This document shows, piece by piece, positions 27,355 to 39,323 of a stretch of 64,000 bases of DNA. This stretch comes from Lama guanicoe (taxonomy: Eukaryota). The number at the start of each line of letters is the position of its first letter. Positions within the stretch are counted from its first letter, which is position 1. The notes below the pieces were generated by a model. It ran no database searches, was not told the DNA's origin, and was given only the letters and a program-made list of their open reading frames with translations. The DNA is taken from NCBI GenBank assembly GCA_013239625.1, contig MU053881.1, positions 13,468,879 to 13,532,878 of the forward strand, in the 5' to 3' direction. The position numbers and the translations under genes are program-made.

Positions 27355-27961
27355 CTGAAATCAGCCCAGAGGGATGGAGGCCGTTACCACCAGTGATGTT
27401 AAAGAGGATGGAACTGAACAATGCTACCATTCTCAAAGCTCCTTCTCATGGTCAGAATCTGCAACTCATCCTAAAGTCACCCCAGGAGCAGGAGTCCTTT
27501 GGTTGTTCAACTTGAAAAACTCACACCAGTTGCCTTATTTTAAATTGATTCTAGTCAAATTGCAGAATTTAAGGAGTGGAAGAGAACTGGGTTATTATTC
27601 TAATAAAAATTATAACAATACCTAACATATATAGTAGTTTGAGCAGGACAGATGCTTTAAAAAGTGTCTGACATGGAGCATCTCATTTTATACTCACAAA
27701 CCCTCTGAGGCAAGCACTGTTCATACACCCTCACTGCAGTGGAGAAGGCTGAGGCTTGGAGAGTTCAAATAACTGGCATACAAAGTCACCAGCTAACTGA
27801 GGAAGGGACCGAGACTGGATGGGAACACACACGTGGCCCCTCTCCGGGGCCCTGCCCCTCACCCCTCTGCTGTCCTTCTGAGGCCTCTGGGCCTTGGGGG
27901 CGGGGGCACTAAGAGGGAAGAAGAGTACAGATGCTGGATCTAGTAAGGATGCTGCTCTCAC

Positions 27962-28080
27962 CTCCAAATCCTGGCCGCAGCCGATTGTCATAGCCTTCAA
28001 GCAGGTTGTCCAGGGTCCGGCTGATGTTTTCTGAGTAGAGTTTGCCCTCATCTTCAAGTTTCCCTAGGGCATTTTCCACC
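27962..28080 (-). CDS. GABRA6: GABRA6 coding exon 2 ([40 protein letters not shown])
   Basis: ctcacAG acceptor, GTGAGA donor, 119 nt; carries the GYDNRLRPG motif of GABA-A alpha subunits. Confidence 0.97.
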
Positions 28081-28280
28081 CTGTGAGTAGACAGGCAATG
28101 GTCCTCACTCCCGGCCTCAGAGAACACAGGCTGTTCATTGCATCCTTGACCACCCCACCACAGATACATGCCACACCACCCAGGCTTCTTCCGCGATGCG
28201 GTAGAGAAGGCACCCAGTGAGTGTGCCCTCTCCCTTTCCTCCAAGCTGAAAGGAGAAATCAGAGAAAAGGTATTACTCAC

Positions 28281-28318
28281 CACAGAAGCATGTACAGCCA
28301 GGGCAGAGGCGATGCCAT
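28281..28318 (-). CDS. GABRA6: GABRA6 coding exon 1 ([13 protein letters not shown], signal peptide)
   Basis: ATG in a strong Kozak context (gcaggATGG); 38 nt followed by a GTGAGT donor; the frame joins exon 2. Confidence 0.93.
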
Positions 28319-28559
28319 CCTGCAGGGCACTGAGATGCCAGTTCTCCCTCCTCCTGGTCTCTTCCTCCCAACCAGCTCCCCTCTGCCAGTTACCTAGAGC
28401 AGTCTTCCAGGCCCCTCATGTCCCTCCTCCTTGTCCGTGTCCAGCAGTCATCCAGAAGGTTGCCTGCTAAACTTTGCGGGTATCCCTTGCTCGCTTCGCC
28501 CTCCTATCCACCTTTTCACGTGGAACAAGGTGGTCTGGGGGCTGAGGGTACGTCCTGTT

Positions 28560-28800
28560 GGACACTCCGCATCCTCTGACTGACTCAGTTGGGAAGTGAG
28601 AGTCTGAAGGGACAGTGCATGGTCGGAGAGCAGTGACAGTAATCGAATAAGGCATTTGGGGAGATTAGAAGGGAGAAATCCACTGCTCGTTTTGGCATGG
28701 ACTTAGCAGGGCCCCGTGAGGAAATCTGGAAGGCAGTGGCATCTTGCTGATTGAGGTTATGCTCCAATGGGCTCAGCGTTTATTATTTCTATGGTTCACA
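28560..28800 (-). promoter_or_regulatory. GABRA6: Probable GABRA6 proximal promoter (no clear TATA box; NFI half-site)
   Basis: Lies just upstream of exon 1 and has a TTGGCA NFI half-site at 28692-28697. NFI control of the rodent Gabra6 promoter is established. The TSS cannot be read from the sequence. Confidence 0.55.
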
Positions 28801-29386
28801 GAAGGATTTCTGCATGGCGCTCATGGCTGAAAAAGTCCAGCAATATTGGGACCCTCTTGGATTCTCGTTCTGATTTCACTAGCTTTATTGCATCGGATAC
28901 ACCTTTCCTCTAGATTTAGAAATTGGTCCTCATTCTTCATTGAAAATCACTTAGACCACACCAGAACAACTGACCACCTTGCTGTTGGATTAGTGGATTG
29001 AATTTTTTTTTTCTCTTAAATCAAGTACTTGGCTGAACCTTCCTGTCAAAGGTGTGGCACCTCAAGCTAAGATATAAAGGAGCTCACTACCCTCTGCAGA
29101 AGCCCAGCCAGGTTCATGAACGCTGCCTAGAAAAGACAATATCCGGAAAGAGCTTGTTAGGGTTCCTTGCCCACGCAGAAATGCTGTAAGCACAAAGCAT
29201 CCGTAGACACGGTAAAGGATGATGTTGCTGGCACGATTTTATTAGGTTGGCTGCAGGTCAAAAGCAAAATGTTTGAACCTAAGGAGAACAGCATCCTCCA
29301 CCCAGCCTGGTAAGGGAAAGTTGGAGTAAAAGAAGTTTCTTGAAGCCTTAAAATTTTGGTCTTTAAATAAAAATAATAAAGTTTTG

Positions 29387-29390
<4 letters not shown>

Positions 29391-29428
<38 letters not shown>
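29391..29428. repeat. (TA)19 microsatellite about 1.1 kb upstream of the GABRA6 ATG
   Basis: Read directly. Confidence 0.95.
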
Positions 29429-29434
<6 letters not shown>

Positions 29435-31649
29435 GTTTATGACTATATATACATTTTTTTTTAAAATTCAGGACCATACAAGTAAGAAGTAAATACCTCC
29501 TTCACCATCCTTCCTGCCAGAGCCACCCACCATCTCCCTAGTTCGCAGTCTGTTTCTTCAGCACCTAAATTCTACGAAAGTGATGGTAACTTGAAGACAC
29601 ATAGCAGTCTTAAGAGTTATTTCTGAAGACATGACATAAATCATTTGAAGAGCGTTTCAAGAAATTAGCTACAACGAAGACAACAACAGAAACAGAAACA
29701 GGAAAAGTGTAAGATTTCTTACGAAACAGTGTTTTTAAGATCACGGAATCTCAGTTACGTGGAATTTTCTCGTGGCTTATCGAAAACCCTGAATTCCCTC
29801 CAGCATTCCTGGCAAGTGGTATTCAGCACCTGTTTCCTCACATTGTTTTTCTTGTGCTGAGTCGAAACCTGCACCCTGGTCTTTGTGCTCGCCTTTGAAG
29901 TTACGCAAAAAAATGTTTTTGGGAAAGACCACATAGCGGCCGCTCAGACAGAGGTACCTATCATGTCCCCTCTAACTGAGGCTAAAAGCCCCTAAAATCT
30001 TTTTTTTTGTTCATTACAGAACCTGGTTTTCATATGTCTTCTTCTTCTCACTCTGCTTTAAACTTAATCCAGCAAATCCCACATCTTTTCAATTCCCATT
30101 GACTGCACTGAAACCCTGAATATCTGATGCGATTCAATAATTCTCTGTTCATTTTTTGCTACAACTTAGTTTTTATTCAGCATAAGGCTCCATACTTACT
30201 CCTGCAACTTTGTATCATTTTTTTCCTATCGATATGTTTACCATCCATCTCTGATTTGTATCATCTTCGAGCTTAGTGAGGTTTTTAGGATTGAATTTTT
30301 TTTCAGATGGAAAAAAAATGATCATGGGTGAGACTGTTTTACTTATATACATATTCATATAGACTGGGCATGTTTTTCTCCTTAAAATTATTATTCAAAA
30401 AAGGAACAAATAATAGTTTTTACATTTGTCTCCAAAAAGAAGATGAACATACTTGATTCTAGTTTGTGAAGGGTTTTAATTAGTAATGTAGTTAAGGAGA
30501 AGGTATATCTTTTCTACTCTCCATAGGGGGGAAAAGTGCTAGATCTGGAAGGGAAATAAGGTATATAATCTTAGTCATTTCACCTCTGCAGACCTCACGT
30601 TTAAATGAATGTGCTGGAACTGAGGTACTCAAGCTCTCTAATTCTGTGCATTCAATTTATATGTTGGTGTCCATACGTCATGAAGTCACTCGTTCACATA
30701 TCCCTGTTAGAGTCACAGACAAGCTCTGGTAGCAGCATTGTTTGATTTGATTGTAATTATTATTTTCCTGTGGAAGAGCCGTTAAAGAAAGAGTTCAAAT
30801 GCATGACAATGGCTGTAACTTTGAGACATTTATGGCCATTTAGGTAGCATTCTGACTACACAGACCAGACATTCAGGAGATCCCCTTATGTAGAGAATTA
30901 CCTTCTTCTGATACATTAGAGAACACTTATCTCACATCTGTCCATTTCACAGCTGTTTTTCCTAAATTAAAAAAAAAATCGCCTTGGACAATCGCTTGCT
31001 TTGCCGTTTTCATGCAGTAGAAAGCCTAGAACCACCGTCTTGCCCAACGACGCCGCTGATCACATGCTGGACTTAGAAGGACAATGTGAAAAAAAACTCC
31101 CTTCTTTATTCTAAACCTTGAACTTCTTGTACCACCACCACAACCAACGCAGGTTTGTACGTATGAAATTAATCAAAGACTCAGAGATGACTGGAGGAGA
31201 TTATTGCACAGAAAAAGCTAATTTGGCACCAGACACGAAATAGTAATTTCCATGATACAAATGAACCAATACATACATATATGCAAACACACCCACGTAT
31301 AGAACAAACAAAATCTTCAGGCCTCTTGGACAACAAATCGTTGCGTCTTCTCACTGCAAATCTCTGTTGAGCTTTTTAAAAAAAAGTTGAAACTGAGCCT
31401 CAGAAAACCAGTAGCTCTTGTTTTGTCAGATGGTAACTTTAGCCAAGTAACTTTGCTCTTTGAACATTAATATACTTATGTGTATAAGGAGCTTGAACCA
31501 AAGGATTCTGGTATTCGTGTGACTACTTTCCCACCTAGGACTAGAGGACTTGAAACATTTTCCCTGTCTGTCTTGAAACTATTATGGAGAGCAAGTCAGT
31601 CTAAAAATAATAAATGTAATTTAAGACTGTGTTAGTGAAAATTAATGTA

Positions 31650-31860
31650 ATTTTAATAATAGCTACCAAATAATTTAACATTTACCATGTGCCAAGAATT
31701 ATGTTAAGAACTCCACAGACTCCAACTTATTTACTGCTAACACAATCTACGAGCGATCTATAATTGAGCCCATTTGGTAAATCAGTAAATATGTTAAGTT
31801 GTATAACCACACAGTTAATAAGTGGCAGAATTAGAATTCAAAACCAGATTTTTCTAACTC
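31650..31860. mobile_element. MIR (one of many copies; others near 6000-6300, 7300, 7900, 11600, 17000, 32500, 33650, 44050, 54300, 55810, 56100 and 63050)
   Basis: ACCACACAGTTAATAAGTGGCAGAATTAGAATTCAAAACCAG MIR core-like motif. Confidence 0.6.
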
Positions 31861-34800
31861 AAAATCAATTAGGTATGTCAGAAAGCAAGGTCTGCTTTGA
31901 TGTTTGATGTTTCTCTTTGCAAGGAATTCTGCAGTAATTAAGTGTAACCTCAGCAAATGGAAACTAGACTCAATAAAAGAGCCAGAGAACTTGCCACAAA
32001 AAAAAAAAATCAAATAGGTATGAACTAAAGCCAGTGGGTGGAATCCAGTGAAAAATAAACTTCAGTTCTATTAAATAAATTATTTATCCAAGGATAGAAT
32101 GGGCTACCATAGAAGAACATGAGTTTTCTTGTTAACAAAAGCATTCAAGTATGGCTTAAAACACCATAAATGGGTTTCATGAATGTATGTTTCAGGAGGA
32201 AATTACATGACCCCTGAGAACACTTAGCAGGGGACTGAGGTGATTTGTGGACACCCTATCCTAATGTGATGTCCAACCTATATAGAAACTGTAGAGACCT
32301 CAAGTGAATATTTGGATTCAAAGTCTCAGCTATGGAGTTTCTCTGGAATGATGTGAGGAGGATCTAAAGAGGTTCTTGGAGGTAAAATGTGCCTTGGAGG
32401 TACACTGGAGGAGAAAAACAGAGAGGTCCTACTAGGCTATAGTGAAGGAAGAAGCAAAGAGAGTGGATTATATCATAATAGTTCTTATTTATTGAACACT
32501 TACTACATGTCAGTTATATACACTGATGTTCTCTCTCATCTAAGTAACTGCCGTAGCAGGTAGCCATTTTTATCTTCATTTTACAAAAGGGTAAAATGAG
32601 GCTCACAAATGTATGTAACTACCTAATGTCCCAGAGCTAATAAGTATCTCTGATTCCAAAGTATTCACTTTTATACACGGTGCTTTATATATGACAGATC
32701 GGACATCGTTTTCTAAAGTTAGAGCCCATAAACTCTCTGGACCAGTAACATTTCTTACATTGTTGATAAGGGACAGCTGACCTCTCAGTGGGCACTGTAG
32801 AAAACCCCCATGCAATTCCTCTTGGGGAATCCAGTGCAATAAGGATAAAATTGCTCTGGGAAGCAAAGGACAACAAACGGACACTCCTCTGGACAGCAGC
32901 TTTAAATTTCTGGCTCAAACAATAGAATGTTGGACATGTTTTAGGGCATTTTGGTGCCCCCCAAAAGTATAAGCAGGCAAAATCCATTTCAAACCTCGAG
33001 ACACAAATATAGAGGGACCAAAAATCATGTCTAAAAGAACACAAGTATATATGAACTCATGATTTATACCTGTTTGACCAGTATCAGTTCAATTTAACCT
33101 TTATTAAGTTGAGAAATTAGGAATTAAAAAAAATAATGCTGACCCTCAAGACGTTCACACTGCAGATATTCTTAATCAACAGAACAGAACAAGTAAGATG
33201 CTGAGGGCTGGAAGATGTTTAGCACCGTTCTGTGGAAACAGAGTGAGGAGGCATCTGTAGAGAGAGAGGGAGCAGTGATTATTTCATGAAAAAGATGACA
33301 TGTGGACTGAGCTTCAGCAGTTGAAATAACTTTTAATAGATTAGAAAAGACCTTTCCAGGCTGCATGATGAACTCAGGGGTGTGGGTTCTGAACTACAGA
33401 TAACTTGAGAAACTGGAATATAGGAAACAAAGATGAGACATAATGGATAAAAAGACTAGAAGAGAAAACTGAGAGTCCAGCAGAAGGAGATGTGCATGCT
33501 CCTCACTGGAGGATTTGAGAAAAGGCGTGGATATCTATATACTAAACCGTGGTGGGGTCGGCTACACCATTCATAAGAGCACTTTCTCTCTGAGAACTGC
33601 CCTGCTGTTTCATGCGGTGGAGCCTTATTTGCCACGCCTGTACTGGATCCTACACCAACCCTTCTTTCATTAGACCACTTTGGAATCAGGTAACTTGGAT
33701 TCATTAACAGGCAAGTTACTTAGGCAAATTATTGACCATCTCTAGGCATTATCGTCATTATCTGTAAAGTGGGATTAAAGAGTCTTGGTGAGAATTCAAA
33801 GTGCATGAAGATGTTCATCATGCGGAATTGCCCACAGAAAAGAAATATACCCATCAACACTGCTACCACCGTCATCATCATAACCATCACTGTCTTCATC
33901 ATTTTTGGCTAAATCAACTCTTCTCTCTCCAGTATGTAGAAATAGACTCTAAAATTAAAGTGCTGTCTGTGTTATTTACTAACGCTGCTAGTGTTGGAGG
34001 AGGGCATGCCTGGCCAAGTTTATGCAACATCAGAGAAATATCTGTGGAGACAGGAAAAAAAACAGCAACAACAAAAAGGCAGCCGTCCTATAGAAAAAAA
34101 GGGACAACTCACTGCAATCCCAGTATCTGAGAGAGGAGCTACCTAGATTTTTGATGGCCTCCCTGATGTCATTCATCCATAATCTAGGTGTCATTTCTGC
34201 CCTTGGGTTTCTCCTGCAAGCACTGTAACCTTATTATAAAGCTTTTTTTGCTCCAGGTTAAGTGGGTTACTGTCAGACCATAGTTCCTAAAAGGAGTTTT
34301 TTTTTTTTAACTCAGAAGACTGGATCCCAAGCTTGAAAGTAAAATCTCAGATTGTGATATAGTGGGACATTTTGATGGACTACATGACCCACTAGAGAGC
34401 AAACCTAGACAATGTAGAATGCTGAGGGTACTTCCTGGACCTTCTGGCAAGGAATATGCTAACTGGCAGCTGCTTAATGATCTTGCTGCTCAGTGAACCT
34501 CTCAACCACCCCCACCCCCGGCATATAATAAGCATTTTAGTACACTGCGTGAGCCCTTTCAGGCCACTAGGGGACCACTGAGCATCGTCTTCTGGCAGTG
34601 CTGACCAGGCCCCAGAATCTGCCTATTTTTCAGATGCTTGGAGTATAGGAAACAGGACAGAATTTTGGGTTCCAGCCCAGTGATGAGCTCTGGGGAAATG
34701 TCATAGAAGAGCAAGCAGAATGCAAGTCTATTAGCATGGATACTCTTGGACCTTGATAGGATGTGAATCCCAAACCTACTGCCATCTAAAGGGATATTCT

Positions 34801-35289
34801 CAAAGCAAGTGATAAAAATAAGCATTTGAAAGAGGCCACGGAAAGGTGAGAGGGTGAACCGTGGTCCTTCATGTTGTTGTAATAAATGACTTAATGCCTC
34901 TCCCTGAAATAAAATACAAGAGGATTGCCCTTTATATATGAATGACCTAATCTGAGAGAGGAAAAAATAAATAATGGGGCAGGCGAGTCTTCAGAGAAGA
35001 AGCCAAGAGGTGTTTGATGTACAATTTTGAGCTAATGACTCATCAGTGACTGATGATGTTGCACCAAAAAAAAAAAAAAAAACCTGATAAAAGCTCTCTA
35101 ATGAGCCCTAACCATCAAAGAAACAAATGAATTATTTCAAAATAGACTTTTAACAGGCTTTGGCGAGAACATGCGAGGAGGAGGGTATCTGATATGTCAG
35201 AACGAAAAGAGCTGCATAGCTCAGTGGGTTTTCTGTGCTCATACAGTTGTGGCTGCCTGTTCTGTTGTTACAGCACAATGTCCATAAGG

Positions 35290-35560
35290 AGTGTGGTAGA
35301 TGTAAAAACAGAAATCCCAACTAGCATGGGGAGAAAGACAAAATGACTTATTTTTCTTACAGTGGAAAAAGCACGGAGGTGGGCAGCCCTGGGCTTCGGC
35401 AGCTGAATAATGACGAAGCAGACACAGCAGAATTTCACGTTGCCTCCCGTGCTGGTTGCAGTGTGGCTGCCTCGACTTCAGTCATCATCTCTCAGCTGAA
35501 GATGTAAAGGACTGAGTCACATGGTCACCTCTAGCTACCGAGGAAGTTGAGAAAGTTGTT
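35290..35560. mobile_element. MLT1-type (MaLR) LTR fossil
   Basis: GTGTGGCTGCC...CAGTCATCATCT and GAGTCACATGGTCACCTCTAGCT motifs. Confidence 0.45.
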
Positions 35561-35763
35561 AAGACAGTCCTTGCTTTCTGAATTATAAGTTCCACACTGA
35601 GACATCTTCTGTCTTCTACACAAGGATTCGGGTAGCAGTTTTTTTTTTTTAACAATCATTATATAAAACTCAAAATAATATATAAAATAAAATGTATTAC
35701 ATAAACAGAAATTTCCTCATTTACTAAGCTTTTTACAATAGTCTCTGAACATGCATTTCTTTT

Positions 35764-36001
35764 ATATATATATATATGTACGTATGTATATATTGAAGTA
35801 TAGTCAGTTTACAATGTTGTGTCAATTTCTGGTGCACAGCACAATGCTTCAGTCATACAGGAACATACAGATATTCATTTTCATATTCTCTTTCACCATA
35901 AGTTACTACAAGATATTGAATATAGTTCCCTGTGCTATACAGTATACACTTATTGTTTATCTATTTTTCATGTATTAGAATCTGCAAATCTCTAACTCCC
36001 G
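35764..36001 (-). mobile_element. 5'-truncated young L1 3' end with TSD
   Basis: TTGAAGTATAGTCAGTTTACAATGTTGTGTCAATTTCTGG... family motif; TSD TGAACATGCATTTCTTTT (35746-35763) / TGAACATATATTTCTTTT (36002-36019). Confidence 0.8.
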
Positions 36002-36575
36002 TGAACATATATTTCTTTTTAAACAACCCCAGTTAATTTTCCCAATGCCACCTGAAAGTAAATTGTTCCAAACTGGATGTTATCCTTCTCTTACCTTCAA
36101 CTTAACTGCTGTTTCTATTTTTACATTTATCTGTTTTCCCTGTTTTAACATATACTCAGTTTTCCAAGCCAGGGACCTTGAAATCACACTTGATTTTTTT
36201 TTTAATTAGGCCTTATTCAATCAGTTACCAGGGTCTACTTCCCTTGAGTTACCCCTTCACTCTCAGTCCATGAAGATTACATGGAGATAACTGTATCATT
36301 CAGTCTGGGGCATCCCACTATACGTTATAGAAGTGGGAAGTGATGAGCCCAGATGGTCTAATAAGACTTGGTCTTGGAATATTTTTGAGTCATTAAAAAG
36401 AAGTAGCCATATTTTCTAGAGAAGGCACTGAGCTGGAAGACTTAAGTGTGGTACTGTCCTTAGTTACCTTCCATCATAAGGTGGACGTCTGAGAATAAAC
36501 ATAACCAGAGCCAATCCCTGGTTGACTCGAGAGAGATACAGATACTCAGTGACATATTTGAACTCCAGTTCTATT

Positions 36576-36812
36576 TCTTTTTTTTTTTTTCAATTGAAGT
36601 ACAGTCAGTTACCATGTGTCAATTTCCGGTGTGCAGCACCATGTCCCAGTCATGCCTCTGCATACTTATATTCATTTTCATATTCTTTTTCATTAAAGTT
36701 TATTACAAGATATTAAATATAGTTCCCTGTGCTATACAGAAGAAACTTTTTTAAAAAATCTATTTTTATATATAGTGGCTAACATTGGCCAATCTCAAAC
36801 TCCCAAATGTAT
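36576..36812 (-). mobile_element. 5'-truncated L1 3' end, apparently inserted into an MLT1-like LTR
   Basis: Poly-T followed by the same L1 3'UTR family motif; the flanks (about 36290-36570 and 36830-36930) resemble MLT1. Confidence 0.7.
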
Positions 36813-39200
36813 CCATTCTTTTTCTGACATTAGCAGGTATCTCTGAACTTTTCAGTTCCCTAAGCAAATAAATTCTTCTTTTGCGTTAGTCTGAGCTGAG
36901 TTCTGTCGATTACAGAGGAAAGAATCCAGGGTATGACAATGGTGAATAATTTTGAGGAGCTATTATGTTTAAATTGTGAAAGTTATTTTCCAAATGTCCT
37001 AGCACTTGTGGTATTCCTTGATTTCATAATTTCTGCTTGATTCCTCTATGGCATATTTAGATTATTGTCACAACTTCTGTTCTTTTTACCTTATGACCTA
37101 GTTTACAGAAGAATATCCATAGGTGTGTTTTGGCTGTTCTTTCATGGTACAAAATAAGGAAGGGGTATGTGTGTGCTTAATATATGAGCCCACTGGAATT
37201 GTGACAAAATATGCTGCTTCCACTCTTGTAGTTGTGATCAAATTACTCCTGTTTCTTCTAAAGCTAATCTTAACCCATAGATATAAAATCCAACACCATT
37301 TTACCTACTCAAGGATTTCCCTTGTGCAATCATTTCCTTGTCCCCCACTGCATTATCAGTTCTGCTCTCTTTACTGAATTGCTTCATCAGCATAAAATAT
37401 GCCTTAATATTCCCCAATTTAAATTTAGAAGCCTTCCCCCTCTCCCCATTCAGCTCTTTTTTCCATGCCACTTTCCCTACCACTGTTTTGGGGGAAAAGT
37501 CTTTACACTTGCTTTTTCTGTTTCTTCACACTTTATCCTTCTACCTGAATCAAATTTTTGTTTCTGCTACAACTCAGGAACTACTCATGTCTTGATCAAT
37601 AGTGGCTCTCAATATATTAAATTTAATTTCTGAACCTGTGTTATTTTCTGAGTATTTAACCCAGTTGAAAAATGTTCTGAACTAGAGAAGAGACATCTCA
37701 AATGAGGGTAGTCAACACTGACCTCTTCATATTTCACCAAGCACCCCTCTGCTCCCAACTGTGCTTTCTTAACTTCTCTCTCAATTAATCACATGTAATT
37801 CATTTAATTATCCAGGTCAAAGATCTAAGAGTTATAGTCCCTCTTTTTCCTCCCCTTTGATACTCCATTAGTCAGCAAGTTCTCTTAGCTTTTCCTTCAA
37901 AAATAGATCCTGAATTGGACCACATCTCATCAACGCTGCTGCTGCTTTGGTTAGAGTCAGCATTGCCCTCAAGTATGATGCCATAATCTTGCCAGGCATC
38001 TGGCTGTTTCTCACTACACACCTTCTCTGATATATTCTTAGCATAATCGTTCTATTTATCATTCCCTGTATGGCAAATATAGCTGTCCCCCTGTTACACA
38101 CAGAGCTGTGTCTATAGGCATGAAGTCATTTGTCCAAAACCAGATCCTTTCACACTTTTTGAAAATTAGGCTTCACTCAGATCTGCCTGCATGAAAGTTT
38201 GGGCCCATGACCTTAACATCTGTGCAGTGCTGTTTGTCCCTCCCCAAAGGATGTGAATGCCACTCCTTCCTTGGCAGATGAGGAAACTGAGACTGAATAT
38301 TAAGAAGAGACTTGTATAGGAGCCCACAGTTAGCTGGCAACAGTGCTCAGGTTACTAGCCAACATCTTACAATGTAGGAAAGTTCTATTCGGTAGAGGGT
38401 TATATTTTTTAACATTGAATAGCCTATTCCTATGGTTGTTTATTTTTAAATATACACTTCATGGTTCCAAACTGTGCTGCAAGCAAAACTGTAGAATTGA
38501 GGAGACCGATAAACTCAGAACTGAGCGGCTTGAAGAGCAAATGAGGAAATCTTTTTTCAGTTGTTCTGATCAATTATTTTTTTCTTACCATAATGATATA
38601 CCCTAAGGCTATAAAAGTGGCTTTATTATTGAATGGACTGCAAAAAAGTAAATTTGTTTTTGTGAGTTTAATACTTTATAGTCCATAAATACTTCCTTCC
38701 ATTGAAATGATTGAACAATAAATTGCAATGCAGTGCAACTACTGCAACGCACTGTAATACAGCAGATAGGAGTTTCACAAATTAAGTGAACAAAAATTAC
38801 CTTGGCAAATAACCAAACTGTCTTTCTTGTATTATATACAATCATTCTTAAGAGAAATATTCATCATTTTATTTTTACTATGTTTTCAGAATGAGGGGTT
38901 TAAGTGAGTAATATTCTAACTTGGTAAGATTATAAGTGTAAAATTTGTAAAAATGGAAAATAACGTTAATAAAATATGAATTAATCTTAGCTGTGTTCAT
39001 AAAACTAAGAATTCATTTCAGCAAGGGAGAATACCTTCATAGTTAAACTTTCCCATTGCAACAAAAAAATTATGTTCATTTATAGCAACAGCTTTAAGGG
39101 AGAGTGAAACATTAAGTAAACTTATCTGGCCTATTAAGATAAGACTTTAAAAAACCCCAACAGAGGAAAATATTAAACAATGGTTATATTTTCCATCATT

Positions 39201-39323
39201 ATTTTTTTTGGGGGGGTAATTAGGTTTACTTATTTATTTTTATTTAGAAGAGGTTTTGGGGACTGAACCCAGGACCTCATGCATGTTAAGCACATGCTGG
39301 ACCACTTGAGCTACACCCTCCCC
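39201..39323 (-). mobile_element. tRNA-Ala-derived SINE (camelid Vic-1-like)
   Basis: The reverse strand reads GGGGAGGGTGTAGCTCAAGTGGTCCAGCATGTGCTTAACATGCATGAGGTCCTGGGTTCAGTCCCC; same family as 17177-17325; CATCATT on both flanks. Confidence 0.8.

Noticed and set aside
29557..29830. Two TTCAGCACC sequences (RE1/NRSE left half) upstream of GABRA6, and another near 42186
   Set aside because: None is followed by the GGACAG right half, so they are not supportable as REST sites.
33801..34130. His-rich 109-aa ORF
   Set aside because: It comes from a degenerate CAT/CAC simple repeat at a MIR edge.
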